Shown here: piece after piece, positions 44,295-53,875 of the stretch
How positions within the stretch are numbered: the first letter of the stretch is position 1
Layout of the letters: every line of letters begins with the position of its first letter
From: Pseudomonadota bacterium
GTDB lineage: Bacteria > Pseudomonadota > Gammaproteobacteria > Steroidobacterales > Steroidobacteraceae
Direction of reading: 5' to 3'
Length of the DNA: 64,000 bases
Assembly (NCBI GenBank): GCA_021816775.1
Contig: JAKAXA010000002.1
Coordinates: 121,113 to 185,112, forward strand
The notes under the pieces: model-generated
The model's input: the letters and a program-made list of their open reading frames with translations, nothing else
The model's database searches: none
What the model was told of the DNA's origin: nothing
Made by a program: the position numbers and the translations under genes

Positions 44295-45692
44295 ATGCCT
44301 GCGTACAACACCATCGCCTTCCACGCAGACCGCTGCGATGGCTGCGGGAAATGCATGATCGCCTGCGCGCAAGCGAAGAGCGCGTCGGACTCGCCGCGGC
44401 GCGCCCGTCTTGAGGTGCTCGCCGACGATGCCGGTCGCTTTGAGCTGACGATGTGCCGGCAGTGCGCCGACCCCGAGTGCGTACAGAGCTGTCCGGCGGC
44501 CGCGCTCGCCAAGAACGCCGCAACCGGAGTGATCGAGTGGGATCACGACAAGTGCATCGACTGCCTGCTGTGCACCGTCGGATGCAGCTTTGCCGGCATT
44601 GCCCTCGATGAGGCAGCCGGCCACGTCGTCAAGTGCGACCAGTGCGGTGGCGACCCGGCTTGCGTGCGCGCCTGCAAACCCGGTGCACTCGAGTACCTGA
44701 CCATGGCGCGGATCTACGATGAAGCCGGCTCGCTCGAGGACCTGTTCGTGCAGGGACTTTCCGCATGCCAGGGATGCAACACCGAGCTGATCATGAGGCA
44801 CACACTGCGGCGCGTCGGGCCGGACACCGTGGTCGCGGCGCCGCCCGGTTGCGTGCCGGGAATGGGCGCGGTCGGCTACAACGGTCTCACCGGCACCAAG
44901 GTTCCGGTGTTCCATCCTCTGTTGACCAATACCGCCCCGATGCTCGCCGGACTCAAACGCGTCTACAAGCGCAAGGGCCGACAGGTCACGGCACTGGCGC
45001 TCGCCGGCGATGGGGGAGCGGCGGACGTCGGCTTCCAATCACTCTCGGGTGCGGCGGAGCGCGGCGAGGAAATACTGTTTCTGGTCATCGATAACGAGGG
45101 TTACATGAACACCGGCATGCAACGCTCGAGTTGCACGCCGTACGGGGCCTGGACCACCACGACCCCGGTCGGTCGCGAATCACACGGCAAGAGTCAGGAC
45201 GCGAAGAATCTGCCGCTGCTCATGGTCGGGCACCGCTGTGCCTACGTGGCGACGGCATCGACGGCGTTCATGGCGGACTTCTACCTCAAGCTCGACCGGG
45301 CCCTGCAGGCATCCAAGACGGGTTTCGCCTATCTGCACGTCTATTCGCCATGCACGACCGGCTGGCGCTTCCCGTCCAAGAAGAACATCGAGGTCGCGCG
45401 CAAGGCCGTCGAGAGCAATTTCGTCCTGCTCTGGGAGTACACACCCGCTGCCGGTCTCAGGTTGACGCGCTCCGTGGACGACCCGGTTCCCCTCAGCGAG
45501 TACCTTGTGGCGCTCGGCAAGTACCGGCATCTGACGCCCGAGCAGGTCGCGCACCTGGAGCAGCACATCGCCGAGAACGTGGCGGCGATCAAACGGCACG
45601 CCCTCGCGGAGGCGGCCGCGCCCCCGGCATCTACGCGGCCCGGGATTTCGAGCGCTGGCGCACTGCAAGGTCCCCCAGCGTCGCAAGCGTGA
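44295..45692 (+). CDS. 2-oxoacid oxidoreductase beta (TPP) subunit with N-terminal poly-ferredoxin domain (PadI-like)
   Basis: ATG 44295 (GAGG 8 nt upstream). CDGCGKCMIAC, CRQCADPECVQSCP, CIDCLLCTVGC, CDQCGGDPACVRAC. Then CQGCN, LAGDGGAADVGFQSL and IDNEGYMNTGMQRS. Confidence 0.85.
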   Translation: MPAYNTIAFHADRCDGCGKCMIACAQAKSASDSPRRARLEVLADDAGRFELTMCRQCADPECVQSCPAAALAKNAATGVIEWDHDKCIDCLLCTVGCSFAGIALDEAAGHVVKCDQCGGDPACVRACKPGALEYLTMARIYDEAGSLEDLFVQGLSACQGCNTELIMRHTLRRVGPDTVVAAPPGCVPGMGAVGYNGLTGTKVPVFHPLLTNTAPMLAGLKRVYKRKGRQVTALALAGDGGAADVGFQSLSGAAERGEEILFLVIDNEGYMNTGMQRSSCTPYGAWTTTTPVGRESHGKSQDAKNLPLLMVGHRCAYVATASTAFMADFYLKLDRALQASKTGFAYLHVYSPCTTGWRFPSKKNIEVARKAVESNFVLLWEYTPAAGLRLTRSVDDPVPLSEYLVALGKYRHLTPEQVAHLEQHIAENVAAIKRHALAEAAAPPASTRPGISSAGALQGPPASQA

Positions 45693-46059
45693 TGCAGCCG
45701 AGGGTTGCCCGGATGGTATCGTCGATCTCCTGCAGCACGACCCCGAGGGCGGCCGCTTCGGCGGTGCGTCCACCCAGGTCGCTCGCCTGCAGTGCGAGCG
45801 AGGCACGCGGCTCGAACAATTCTATGATGTCGAGCAGGGTCGTACGGCGTGCGTTGCCGCAGAACTGGAAACCGCCGCCCACTCCCCGCACCGAGCGCAC
45901 GAAACCGGCCCGGCCGAGCACATTCATCACCTTGGCCAGGTGATTGGTCGAGACTGCGTATTTCTCGGCGATATCCGCCACCGTCAGTTGCCGGTTCGGC
46001 TCGGCGATCAGTTCCAGCACGGAGTAGATGGCGAGCTGGCTCGCGACCTGCAGCTTCAT
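45631..46059 (-). CDS. Rrf2-family transcriptional regulator (BadM-like)
   Basis: ORF 45631..46710 trimmed to ATG 46059. 142 aa. wHTH LTVADIAEKYAVSTNHLAKVMNVLGRAGFVRSVRGVGGGF. Lacks the three-Cys cluster motif of IscR-type members. Confidence 0.85.
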   Translation of the reverse strand: MKLQVASQLAIYSVLELIAEPNRQLTVADIAEKYAVSTNHLAKVMNVLGRAGFVRSVRGVGGGFQFCGNARRTTLLDIIELFEPRASLALQASDLGGRTAEAAALGVVLQEIDDTIRATLGCITLATLGDLAVRQRSKSRAA

Positions 46060-46604
46060 TCCAGGTCCTTTTCCAGTTGAATATAGGGGCCTGCCATCAT
46101 GCCCTCGCTGCGGAAGAACACCATCGGCAGCCGGTTGTCGCGCGCGACCATGGTCCGCATCTTGGTCATGCCCGCCTTGCGGAACTCTGCGGCAATCGCG
46201 GCCAACAGCGTCTCGGCAACGCCGCGCAGCCTTGCGTCCGGCTCCACCGACAGCGCATACACCCACCCGCAAGGTTCGGAGCCGAATTCCCAGGCGCGAA
46301 TCTCGCCAACGATGAAGCCGAGCACACGGTCCGATTGCTCTGCCGGAGTGGCGACGAGGAAGATCACCCGGGCCGCACCCGGCACTCCTTGCCGCTGATA
46401 CAACTCGAGCCAGTGGGTGGGCTTTGGCAGCCCCGTCGCCGTGGCATCGATCGCCGCCACGGCTTCGATGTCCGCGCGCCGCGCCGGACGCACCGACAAT
46501 CGCTCCCCTGCCCGACTTGCCTGCGGATCGGCCACCGCTTCCCTGGGAGACGGCCTGGGGCGCTCGCGCGCTTGCGCCGGCACCCGCTTCACCCGGTCCT
46601 TCAC
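46056..46604 (-). CDS. GNAT-family N-acetyltransferase (BadL-like position)
   Basis: GNAT core LSVEPDARLRGVAETLLAAIAAEFRKAGM. 4-nt overlap with the rrf2 start. Start set at GTG 46604 (GGAGGAG just upstream), because the ATG 46742 extension is not protein-like and would contain the palindrome. Confidence 0.7.
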   Translation of the reverse strand: MKDRVKRVPAQARERPRPSPREAVADPQASRAGERLSVRPARRADIEAVAAIDATATGLPKPTHWLELYQRQGVPGAARVIFLVATPAEQSDRVLGFIVGEIRAWEFGSEPCGWVYALSVEPDARLRGVAETLLAAIAAEFRKAGMTKMRTMVARDNRLPMVFFRSEGMMAGPYIQLEKDLE

Positions 46605-46658
46605 GACTCCTCCACACCGTGCTGGATGCGCCGCCCGAGCTCGCAGGCGGCAAACGGA

Positions 46659-46676
46659 TATTATCGTACGATAATA
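46659..46676. promoter_or_regulatory. Operator-like perfect 18-bp palindrome TATTATCGTACGATAATA
   Basis: Read directly from the sequence. About 55 nt upstream of the GNAT-Rrf2 unit. Contains two overlapping GTACGATAATA(C/T) half-sites. Confidence 0.6.
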
Positions 46677-46805
46677 CGCGAAATGCTGGACTGAGTACAA
46701 TCCGGTCCAACGTCGTGAGCAGCCTGCGCCCGCGCGCCGCACGGCCCGGTGAGCCGACCCGAGCGGACGCCGGTGCGCCCGCTCAGCGGCGGGCGCGGCT
46801 CGCCT

Positions 46806-47051
46806 TCAGGAGTGAAGCTGCGCGTACTTCTCGAGCAGCTGCTCGTGCGTCTCGACGAAGTCCGCATTTTGAACGATGCAGTCGGCCGGGCAGACCAGCC
46901 GGCACTGCGGCTCGTCTTCGGCTCCGACGCACTCCGTGCACTTCAGCGCATCGATGATGTAGACCGGCTGGCCGGCGGCGATCGCATTATTGGGGCAGAC
47001 CGGCTCGCACGCATCGCACGCGGTGCAGCCGTCGTTGATCAACAGTGCCAT
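46806..47051 (-). CDS. fdx: 2x[4Fe-4S] ferredoxin (electron donor of benzoyl-CoA reductase)
   Basis: 81 aa. CTACDACEPVCP and CTECVGAEDEPQCRLVCP. Immediately downstream of bcrD. Confidence 0.85.
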   Translation of the reverse strand: MALLINDGCTACDACEPVCPNNAIAAGQPVYIIDALKCTECVGAEDEPQCRLVCPADCIVQNADFVETHEQLLEKYAQLHS

Positions 47052-47075
47052 GTTCGAAGCCTCTGAAATAGGAGC

Positions 47076-47921
47076 TCAGGCCGCGCGGTTCATCTCACCG
47101 CGCGCCACCAATCGATCGAAGCGGTACGCGCCCCACAGCGCCGCACCGATGGCGCCCGCGAACTGCGAATCCGGGTGCGCTCGGACCGTCGCCGCCATGC
47201 CCTTCATGTTGCCGATCTCCTCGTTCAGCGTGGCGATCAGGCCCGCATCGAGGGCGAGGCCGCCTGTCACCATCACCACGCCGCTCCTGACGTCGATCGA
47301 CTTCAGCAGCTTCAACAGGCGGCTCGCCATGGACATGTGGATACCCTTGATGATGTTCGCCGCGGAAATCCCGCGCGAAACCATGTTGATGACATCGGTT
47401 TCGGCAAGCACCGCGCAAATCGACGACACCACCTCCGGATTGTCCGCCTGTGCGGAAAGCGTGCCGATCTCGTCCTGGGCGATGCCGAGATAGCGGGCGA
47501 TGTTCTCCAGGAACTGGCCCGAGCCGGACGCGCACTGGCTCGTCATCTTGTAGTTGAGCACCTTGCCGCGCCCGTCCATCGCGATGGCACGGCCGTGCAG
47601 CGCCCCGATATCGAGCACCGCGCGCGTCTCGGGCTCCAGGTGGATCGCGCCACGCGCATGCGTCGTCATCGAATAGAAGTGCCCGGTGTGAAACGGGACG
47701 CTTTCCCCCTCCCCGGTCGTCGCCACATAGCTGACCTGCCGCTCCGCAAGCCCGGCCTCACCGAGGGTCTGATCAAAGGCGACGCGCGCAAGCTCCAGCG
47801 GGTCGCGTTGACGCACGCGCCACAACGAGCGCGCCAGCCAGTCCACCTTCCCGTCCTCCACGCGCAGCAACACCGCCTTGACGGCCCCGGTGCCGACGTC
47901 GATACCCGCTGTCACAGTCAT
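47076..47921 (-). CDS. bcrD: Benzoyl-CoA reductase (class I, ATP-dependent) delta subunit
   Basis: BcrAD/BadFG ATPase fold: [34 protein letters not shown]. 281 aa. Confidence 0.9.
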   Translation of the reverse strand: MTVTAGIDVGTGAVKAVLLRVEDGKVDWLARSLWRVRQRDPLELARVAFDQTLGEAGLAERQVSYVATTGEGESVPFHTGHFYSMTTHARGAIHLEPETRAVLDIGALHGRAIAMDGRGKVLNYKMTSQCASGSGQFLENIARYLGIAQDEIGTLSAQADNPEVVSSICAVLAETDVINMVSRGISAANIIKGIHMSMASRLLKLLKSIDVRSGVVMVTGGLALDAGLIATLNEEIGNMKGMAATVRAHPDSQFAGAIGAALWGAYRFDRLVARGEMNRAA

Positions 47922-49258
47922 GCTGTGCCCTCCGCTCGCGCCCCATCCGAATACGCCCGGCGCGCGAATTCCGCTGCACCGAGCGCTCCGGTGTAAATCG
48001 ACTCGGGGTTGATGTTGATCGTGAGATCTCCGTAGTTCTCCTTGAGCACCTTGCGCAGCTCCCGCACCGCCGCTTCGTTCTTCGCCACGCCGCCGGTGAA
48101 GGTGAACTCGTCCGTTACCCCGCCCGAGCGCGAGATGATGGAGATGGCCCGCAGAATGATGGCACGGTGCAGACCGGCGACGATGTCTTCGCGCTTCTCA
48201 CCGAGCGAGAGCCGATCACGTAGCTCCGCCCCCGCGAAAACGGTGCAGGTCGAGTTGATCCGCACCGGGCGCTCGGACTTCATGGCCATGGGCCCGAGCT
48301 CGTGCAGTCCCATGTTCATCTCGTCGGCGATATAACCCAGATACCGCCCGCAGCCCGCGGCGCATCGGTCATTCATCTGGAAATTGGTCACCAGCCCGTC
48401 TGCATCGACCTGAATGCCTTTGGTGTCTTGCCCGCCGATGTCGAGCACGGTGCGGGTCTGCGGGTACATCAGGTGCGCACCGAGCCCGTGGCACAGGATC
48501 TCCGAGCGGATGTGCTCCTTGGAGAATGGCAGGGTCACGCGGCCGTATCCGGTTCCGACCAAGTACGACTCCTCGAGCTCGAGCGCAAGGGAGTCATCAA
48601 TCCTGTCGCGCACGCGCTCGGCGGTGGTCCCGCCGATGCTCCCGTCCTCCGCCAGCAGCCGTGCCAGCGCCCGCCGGAACTTCGCATCCAGAGCGCCGGA
48701 TGGCGCGCGGTTCTCGACCTCGATGATCGCCTTGTCGTAGCTGTTGAGCAGCACCTCGTAGGGAAAGGCGGTTTCGCGCGACACCGCCTCGGCGTGCGCG
48801 TAGAACCGCGCGCCGGCGATGTCCCGGAAGAAGTCCGACTTGCGCTTCCCGCCCGGCGCATAAAGCTCGCCCGCCTCCCGTCTCACGCGTGCGAACGTCT
48901 CCGTGAGCGCCTCGTTGAGCCGCGCCTCCAAGGCGGCCAGCTTCCCGCCCTTCAGCGGCAAGAGGCAGGTATGCTCAAGATCGTCGAGCCGCTCGACGAA
49001 CTGCTCGAGACGAAAGAACCGCTCGAAGCCGGAAAGAAACTCACCGACGCTCTCGCCCAAGTCGCCCGTTTCCGTGAGCGCCCGGCGGCACAGCGTGAAG
49101 CGCGCGTCGACGCGCGCCTCCTCACCGGCGATCCGGGTGGCGATGGCGTAGTTGGAGCGTGAATTCGTGATCCCCCGGCCGAGGACCTGGCACGACTCGT
49201 CCAGGAGCACGGCCTTGGTGGTCGTTGACCCGAGATCGATGCCGACAAAGGTTTTCAT
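47918..49258 (-). CDS. bcrA: Benzoyl-CoA reductase alpha subunit
   Basis: [39 protein letters not shown]. 446 aa. ATGA-type overlap with bcrD. Confidence 0.9.
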   Translation of the reverse strand: MKTFVGIDLGSTTTKAVLLDESCQVLGRGITNSRSNYAIATRIAGEEARVDARFTLCRRALTETGDLGESVGEFLSGFERFFRLEQFVERLDDLEHTCLLPLKGGKLAALEARLNEALTETFARVRREAGELYAPGGKRKSDFFRDIAGARFYAHAEAVSRETAFPYEVLLNSYDKAIIEVENRAPSGALDAKFRRALARLLAEDGSIGGTTAERVRDRIDDSLALELEESYLVGTGYGRVTLPFSKEHIRSEILCHGLGAHLMYPQTRTVLDIGGQDTKGIQVDADGLVTNFQMNDRCAAGCGRYLGYIADEMNMGLHELGPMAMKSERPVRINSTCTVFAGAELRDRLSLGEKREDIVAGLHRAIILRAISIISRSGGVTDEFTFTGGVAKNEAAVRELRKVLKENYGDLTININPESIYTGALGAAEFARRAYSDGARAEGTA

Positions 49259-49269
49259 GGCGAACCCGA

Positions 49270-50595
49270 TCAGGCCGCGTGCGCTGCGCCGCTGCGCCGT
49301 TGTTCGATCATCTGGAAGTAGCTCTCGAGCCGGTTCTTGATGTTCGCCGCCGAGAAGTAGCGCGGGTCGACCAGATCCGACTCGATGAACGCCCCGGGCT
49401 TGCCGGTGCGCCGCTCGATCTCGCGCATCATCAGCAGCTGCCCCGCCGAGAAACTGTTGCAGCTCTTGATCGAATTGATCAACAGGCCGTCCGCCTGGTA
49501 TTCCTCGAGATAGCGACTCAGCATGTCGATGCGCATCGGCAGGCTCCGGTTCGTGTACACCCCGAGGCAGTACTCCGCCAGGGTCTCGAGCGGCTTGCGC
49601 GGATCGTGGCGGAACCCCAGGTCGTACACACCGCCGACCTTGGTGTAGCTCGAGGCGACCACCACCGCGCCCTCGTCGTAGAACATCTTCCAGAATTGGC
49701 GGAAATTCGTGTAGTTCGGCGGTCCCTCCACGACCAGCCGATACTTCTCCACGCCCATGTCCCCATCGGGCGTGACCGGCCCGGTGCCGGCGGCGATGCG
49801 CTCATCGACCTCGGCGCGCAGGAACCTGTAGTACTCGAGCGCATCCTCGCTGCCGCGGAACGCGCCAAAGATCGGACCGATATAATAGATGCCGCCGAAG
49901 TACGCATCGATCGGCGACGGCCGGGCGCGCGCCGACCTCAGCACGTATACCAAGTCCTCCTCCGCTTGCGCGGACCTCGCCAGCCGCTCCCGCAGCTTGT
50001 CGATGTCGAACTTGACACCCGAGACCCGTTCGAGCTTCGGAATCACCTCGTCGCGAAGCTGCCGGACCATGTACTCGATCATGTTCGGCGTGACCGTGCC
50101 GTCGCCGAGATACGGCGTATGCAGCATGATCGTCTCGCACCGGTATTGTTCGCGCAGCAGCTCGAACCACTTCATGAACGTGAAGCAGCCGGTATAGGAG
50201 AGCAGCAATACATCGGGCTTTGGGAAGGGCTGGCCGTTCGGCGCGATGTTTCCTTTGGCCATCATGCCGATATCGGACTTCACGTAGGTGCAGACATCCT
50301 CGGAATGGCCGATCTTTTCCGCCTCGAGCACATACTGCCCCGAGACCCGGCGCAGCCCGTTCTGGATCGCGTTGATCTCGGGCAGATTGTTCACCAGCCC
50401 GAAGCAGTCGATGAGCTCATTCAGGTTGCCCGGGACGAAGGTGCTGCAGACCTTCTCGCCGGTCTGCGGCGCCGCCGTCAGCCGGTCGTAGTGTGCGGCC
50501 ATCATGGCCTTCTGCTTGCGCATCGAGGCGTCCTTGTGCACGTCCCGCAGCGCCGTCTTCTGCTGCGTGGTGGTCGTATTCACTGCGCGCTCCAC
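49270..50595 (-). CDS. bcrB: Benzoyl-CoA reductase beta subunit
   Basis: 441 aa, 2-hydroxyglutaryl-CoA-dehydratase D-component-like. Position between bcrC and bcrA. Confidence 0.85.
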   Translation of the reverse strand: MERAVNTTTTQQKTALRDVHKDASMRKQKAMMAAHYDRLTAAPQTGEKVCSTFVPGNLNELIDCFGLVNNLPEINAIQNGLRRVSGQYVLEAEKIGHSEDVCTYVKSDIGMMAKGNIAPNGQPFPKPDVLLLSYTGCFTFMKWFELLREQYRCETIMLHTPYLGDGTVTPNMIEYMVRQLRDEVIPKLERVSGVKFDIDKLRERLARSAQAEEDLVYVLRSARARPSPIDAYFGGIYYIGPIFGAFRGSEDALEYYRFLRAEVDERIAAGTGPVTPDGDMGVEKYRLVVEGPPNYTNFRQFWKMFYDEGAVVVASSYTKVGGVYDLGFRHDPRKPLETLAEYCLGVYTNRSLPMRIDMLSRYLEEYQADGLLINSIKSCNSFSAGQLLMMREIERRTGKPGAFIESDLVDPRYFSAANIKNRLESYFQMIEQRRSGAAHAA

Positions 50596-51767
50596 AATTT
50601 GATCGAATCGGCAAAAGTGCCGGCCTGTTCACGGATCGGTTGCATCTGCCCGAAGTTCTCCGAGTACTTGAACGCGACGTACGGTATGCCGGCATCGCGC
50701 AGCACCCGCTGCAGCATCGGCCGCTCGAGCAGCGCCGGGTCGCAGAAGCTCGGACAGGCGAATATCACCCCTTCGGCCCGCGCGCGGCGCACGGCCCGCA
50801 CCAGGTGCTGGCCCTTCTCAGCTGCATCCGGCTCGTATCGTGCCGCGGTTGATTCCGAATGATGCAGGAAGGCGTGCGCGAGGTTCTGCAACGGGTCCCC
50901 CTCCGTCGGGACTTCCTCCGTGAGCCAGCGCGTCACCAGCAGCAGGTCGTCGTCGACGACATAGCAGCCCGCCAGCTCCAGTGATTTGATCAGGTTCAGG
51001 GGCGGCTGCTCGCAGAATGCGCCCGTCACCACGATCCGGCAGTTATCATGCCGCGGCCGCTCGGCAGCCGCGGCCGCGCTGAGGTAGTCGCGGATGAGTT
51101 GCGAGTGCTGCTCGACCGGCAGCACGAGGCCAGCGCGCGTCACCAGGTACACTTCGGTGGCCGGGGCCTGCCATGGCTGCGCCCCGCGGTACTCGTACAG
51201 TTGCCTGACCAGGCGGCGATTCTCGTTGTAGGCCGCGATGGAGCTGCGCAGTTCCTCGTCGGTGATCGGCGCGCCGCGCAGGTGTCCGAGCGCATCGCGC
51301 AATTCCGCCAGCTCGTTGACATAGTAGTTCCCACCGATGGCGTCGCGGTAGTTCTGCGGTACGTCGAAGTAGCGGCTGTATACCTGCGGGTACATCACTT
51401 TCCACATGCCGGAAAGATTGCGGATGACGTCGCAGATCGACGGGAAGAGCATGCCGTCGACGAAATCGAGGCGGCCGGAGACCGCCAGATCGATCGTCGA
51501 TCGGGGTATGCGACAGATGTAGCTCTGATAGTAGGCGTCGCCGTGAATGACCTCGAGCTGATCGCCCCCGCCAAGGATACCGAGCGGCAGCATCCCCGCA
51601 GCGTGGATCAGCTCGCGCGGCACGTAGATCGGCATATAGCCGATGACCTTGCGTTCGGGCTTGGCGCTCTTCCATTCGCGCGCGGTCGAAAAATCGAGAT
51701 CCTCAAACAGCGCCGTCACGCGCGCGACGATGGTCGGGACGTCCGACATGCTCAGCGATGCTCCCAT
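50580..51767 (-). CDS. bcrC: Benzoyl-CoA reductase gamma subunit
   Basis: ORF 50580..52298 trimmed to ATG 51767 (AAGAGG 8 nt upstream; ATG 51749 is an alternative). VIGYMPIYVPRELIHAAGMLPLG is a BcrC/HgdB-type N-terminus. Confidence 0.85.
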   Translation of the reverse strand: MGASLSMSDVPTIVARVTALFEDLDFSTAREWKSAKPERKVIGYMPIYVPRELIHAAGMLPLGILGGGDQLEVIHGDAYYQSYICRIPRSTIDLAVSGRLDFVDGMLFPSICDVIRNLSGMWKVMYPQVYSRYFDVPQNYRDAIGGNYYVNELAELRDALGHLRGAPITDEELRSSIAAYNENRRLVRQLYEYRGAQPWQAPATEVYLVTRAGLVLPVEQHSQLIRDYLSAAAAAERPRHDNCRIVVTGAFCEQPPLNLIKSLELAGCYVVDDDLLLVTRWLTEEVPTEGDPLQNLAHAFLHHSESTAARYEPDAAEKGQHLVRAVRRARAEGVIFACPSFCDPALLERPMLQRVLRDAGIPYVAFKYSENFGQMQPIREQAGTFADSIKLWSAQ

Positions 51768-52516
51768 TGCGGTGGCCTCTTGGCGAGAAACGCGTGCAGA
51801 CCCTCGACTGCGTCGCGGCTGCTCATGAGTTCCTCCAGGTACAGACGCTCGACCTCGGCGAGGCGCTGTTTGATACGCGTGGCGAACTCGAGCCTTGCGG
51901 CGCGCATGGCATAGCGCAGTGAGCTGGCGCTGTTGCGCAGCAGGTGATCGACCGCATAGGCGCGGGCGGCCTCCGCCGGGTTGGCATGCGCCTGGCAGGC
52001 GAGCCCGATCGAGACGGCCTCGGTCCCGGAGATGCTCCGACCCGACAGCAGCAGGTCCAGGGCGCGCGACGGACCGATCAGCTCCGGCAGCAGGCAGGAG
52101 GCAGCCGGCGCAAACACCCCGAGCTTGATCTCGGGCTGGCCGAGCTGCGCATCCGGCGCGACGAACAGCAAATGCCCGCCACAGGCCAGCTCCAGACCGG
52201 CGCCGAGACATCGGCCGTGCACCGCAACCAGTACCGGCACCTCCGATGCGACAATCCGCCCGATCAGGCGGTGCAGCGCGGTCAGCATGGCGCGGCACTG
52301 GTCCGGCAAATGCTCACCAACGCTCGCGCCGAAACTGAAGTTCGGACCCTCGGCATCGATCAGGATCGCGCTCAGCGCGGGCGGCGGCGGCTGCGCCAAC
52401 GCGCCCTCGAGGGCCGCGATCATTTCCGCGTCGATCAGGTTGGCTTTCGGGCGCGCCAAATGCAGCCGCATCAAGCGATCCCCGGCCTCCAAGCGGACTT
52501 CAAGCGCCGAGCTCAT
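51752..52516 (-). CDS. dch: Cyclohexa-1,5-diene-1-carbonyl-CoA hydratase
   Basis: ORF trimmed to ATG 52516 (ATGA overlap with the oah stop). Colinear with my recollection of Thauera Dch: LRLHLARPKANLIDAEMIAAL, DAEGPNFSFGASVGEHLPDQC, FGQPEIKLGVFAPAASCLLP, YLEELMSSRDAVEGLHAFLAKR. Confidence 0.85.
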   Translation of the reverse strand: MSSALEVRLEAGDRLMRLHLARPKANLIDAEMIAALEGALAQPPPPALSAILIDAEGPNFSFGASVGEHLPDQCRAMLTALHRLIGRIVASEVPVLVAVHGRCLGAGLELACGGHLLFVAPDAQLGQPEIKLGVFAPAASCLLPELIGPSRALDLLLSGRSISGTEAVSIGLACQAHANPAEAARAYAVDHLLRNSASSLRYAMRAARLEFATRIKQRLAEVERLYLEELMSSRDAVEGLHAFLAKRPPQWEHR

Positions 52517-53652
52517 GTTCGGCGGGTTCCCGGCTGGATGCTCTCGGTCAGCGCATCGCTCCATGGAGCATTGGCGGCGAGCGCCTGCCGCAGCGCGATG
52601 AAATCGATCTCCCGGCCCGTCTCCTTGGTGCCTTCGTTGAAGGCGCGGAACCCGGCGCGGGCCTCGGTCATCATGTTGAGCGCGAGCCAGGCGCGCGAGT
52701 TTTCCTTGTTCCGGTTCCAGGATTCGAGCTTGGGCTTGCGCAGCTCCTCGAGCGTCTTCGTCGTGCAGTCTGGAAACATGTAGAGCAGCTTGGTGCACAG
52801 TTCATCGACTTTCCGATCGAGCAGCGACAAATCGATGCTGCCCCGCGCGAGCAGTGCCCGGGCGGCGGCGAGTTCGGAGGCGTCCTTGAGCTTGCCAAAC
52901 ACGACACGCCCGTACGCGTCGTACAGGCGCTGCGTCTCGACCGACGGGTTGGCGATGAATTCGCCATCCACCTTGAGCGCCGGAACTATCTCGGTGAGCA
53001 TACCCATCGCGTACGCCTCGTGCGCGGAGAACGGCTCGCACAGGACGCACGCGGCCATCGCGCGCTCGACTCCCACCAGGACCGGCAGGAAGTCCGTGCT
53101 GCCGCCGATCGGCGCCGACCCGTGTTTGGGGCCCGCCTGCCCGAAGCGCGCCAGATCCTGGGCGATGCTGAAATCGCAGGCCATGCCGATTTCCTGCCCG
53201 CCACCGATGCGCATCCCGTTCACGCGACAGATGACCGGTTTGTCACACGCAAGGATCGCGCTCACCATGTCGTTGAAGAGGCGCATGTATGCCCGGTATT
53301 CCTGCGGCCTGCCGGCGTAGTACTCGGCGTATTCCTTGGTGTTGCCGCCGGTGCAGAATGCCTTGTCGCCGGCGCCGGTGAATACCACGGCAACGACATC
53401 GCGCGCGGCGCTCGCGGCGCGAAACGCCAGGATCACGCCCTTGACCATTTCAGTGGTGTAGGAATTGAACTGCGCGGTGTTGTCGAGCGTGATCCACGCG
53501 TTGTAGAGGCCGGAGACTGTCTTGCCGTCGCGGTCGCGCGCCGGACGCATCTCGTAACGTACGCCGCGGCTCGTGGCGGCTCGCACTTCCTCGCTCACCA
53601 GTGTGTGACTTGCCGCGGCCGCGGCGCGAGTTTCAGTGCATTCGGTCACCAT
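52513..53652 (-). CDS. oah: 6-oxocyclohex-1-ene-1-carbonyl-CoA hydrolase (ring-cleaving; Oah/BamA)
   Basis: 379 aa. Crotonase core VVFTGAGDKAFCTGGN, ICRVNGMRIGGGQEIGMACD, with the long C-terminal extension typical of Oah. Confidence 0.85.
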   Translation of the reverse strand: MVTECTETRAAAAASHTLVSEEVRAATSRGVRYEMRPARDRDGKTVSGLYNAWITLDNTAQFNSYTTEMVKGVILAFRAASAARDVVAVVFTGAGDKAFCTGGNTKEYAEYYAGRPQEYRAYMRLFNDMVSAILACDKPVICRVNGMRIGGGQEIGMACDFSIAQDLARFGQAGPKHGSAPIGGSTDFLPVLVGVERAMAACVLCEPFSAHEAYAMGMLTEIVPALKVDGEFIANPSVETQRLYDAYGRVVFGKLKDASELAAARALLARGSIDLSLLDRKVDELCTKLLYMFPDCTTKTLEELRKPKLESWNRNKENSRAWLALNMMTEARAGFRAFNEGTKETGREIDFIALRQALAANAPWSDALTESIQPGTRRT

Positions 53653-53722
53653 GATGTCGTTACCCGGCGGATCTCACCCATGGATTTCCCCTGTCTCTCG
53701 CGGCTCAATTCCGACTATTAGC

Positions 53723-53734
53723 GTATTACGGTAC
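53723..53734. promoter_or_regulatory. Operator-like motif GTATTACGGTAC (reverse complement GTACCGTAATAC)
   Basis: Read directly from the sequence. About 70 nt upstream of the oah ATG (53652), in the oah/padB divergent region. Confidence 0.45.
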
Positions 53735-53838
53735 CAGAGTACCCGTTTTGCCTGCGTCGGTCAACCGGGCGCAGGGGGCTGCCGGGCGGCTCGGCACGAG
53801 GCCGCTGCCGCATTGACAGGATCCCCGGCGGCTTTTAA

Positions 53839-53851
53839 GGTATTATAGTAC
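53839..53851. promoter_or_regulatory. Operator-like motif GGTATTATAGTAC (reverse complement GTACTATAATACC)
   Basis: Read directly from the sequence. About 25 nt upstream of the padB-like ATG 53876. Contains TATAGT (-10-like) on the plus strand. Its reverse complement is identical to the site at 58626. Confidence 0.55.
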
Positions 53852-53875
53852 GCGATTACGTCAATAGGGCCGTAT

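Noticed and set aside
49225-50862. Very long ORFs antisense to confidently assigned genes. Examples: 49225..50862(+), 315..1268(+), 1428..2981(+), 8598..10454(+), 39176..40594(+), 53894..55954(-), 58941..60212(+), 41803..42957(-).
   Set aside because: Their translations are Arg/Ala/Pro/Gly-rich and low in complexity, with no motifs. They lie opposite genes that have clear family signatures. Such shadow ORFs are expected in DNA of this GC content.
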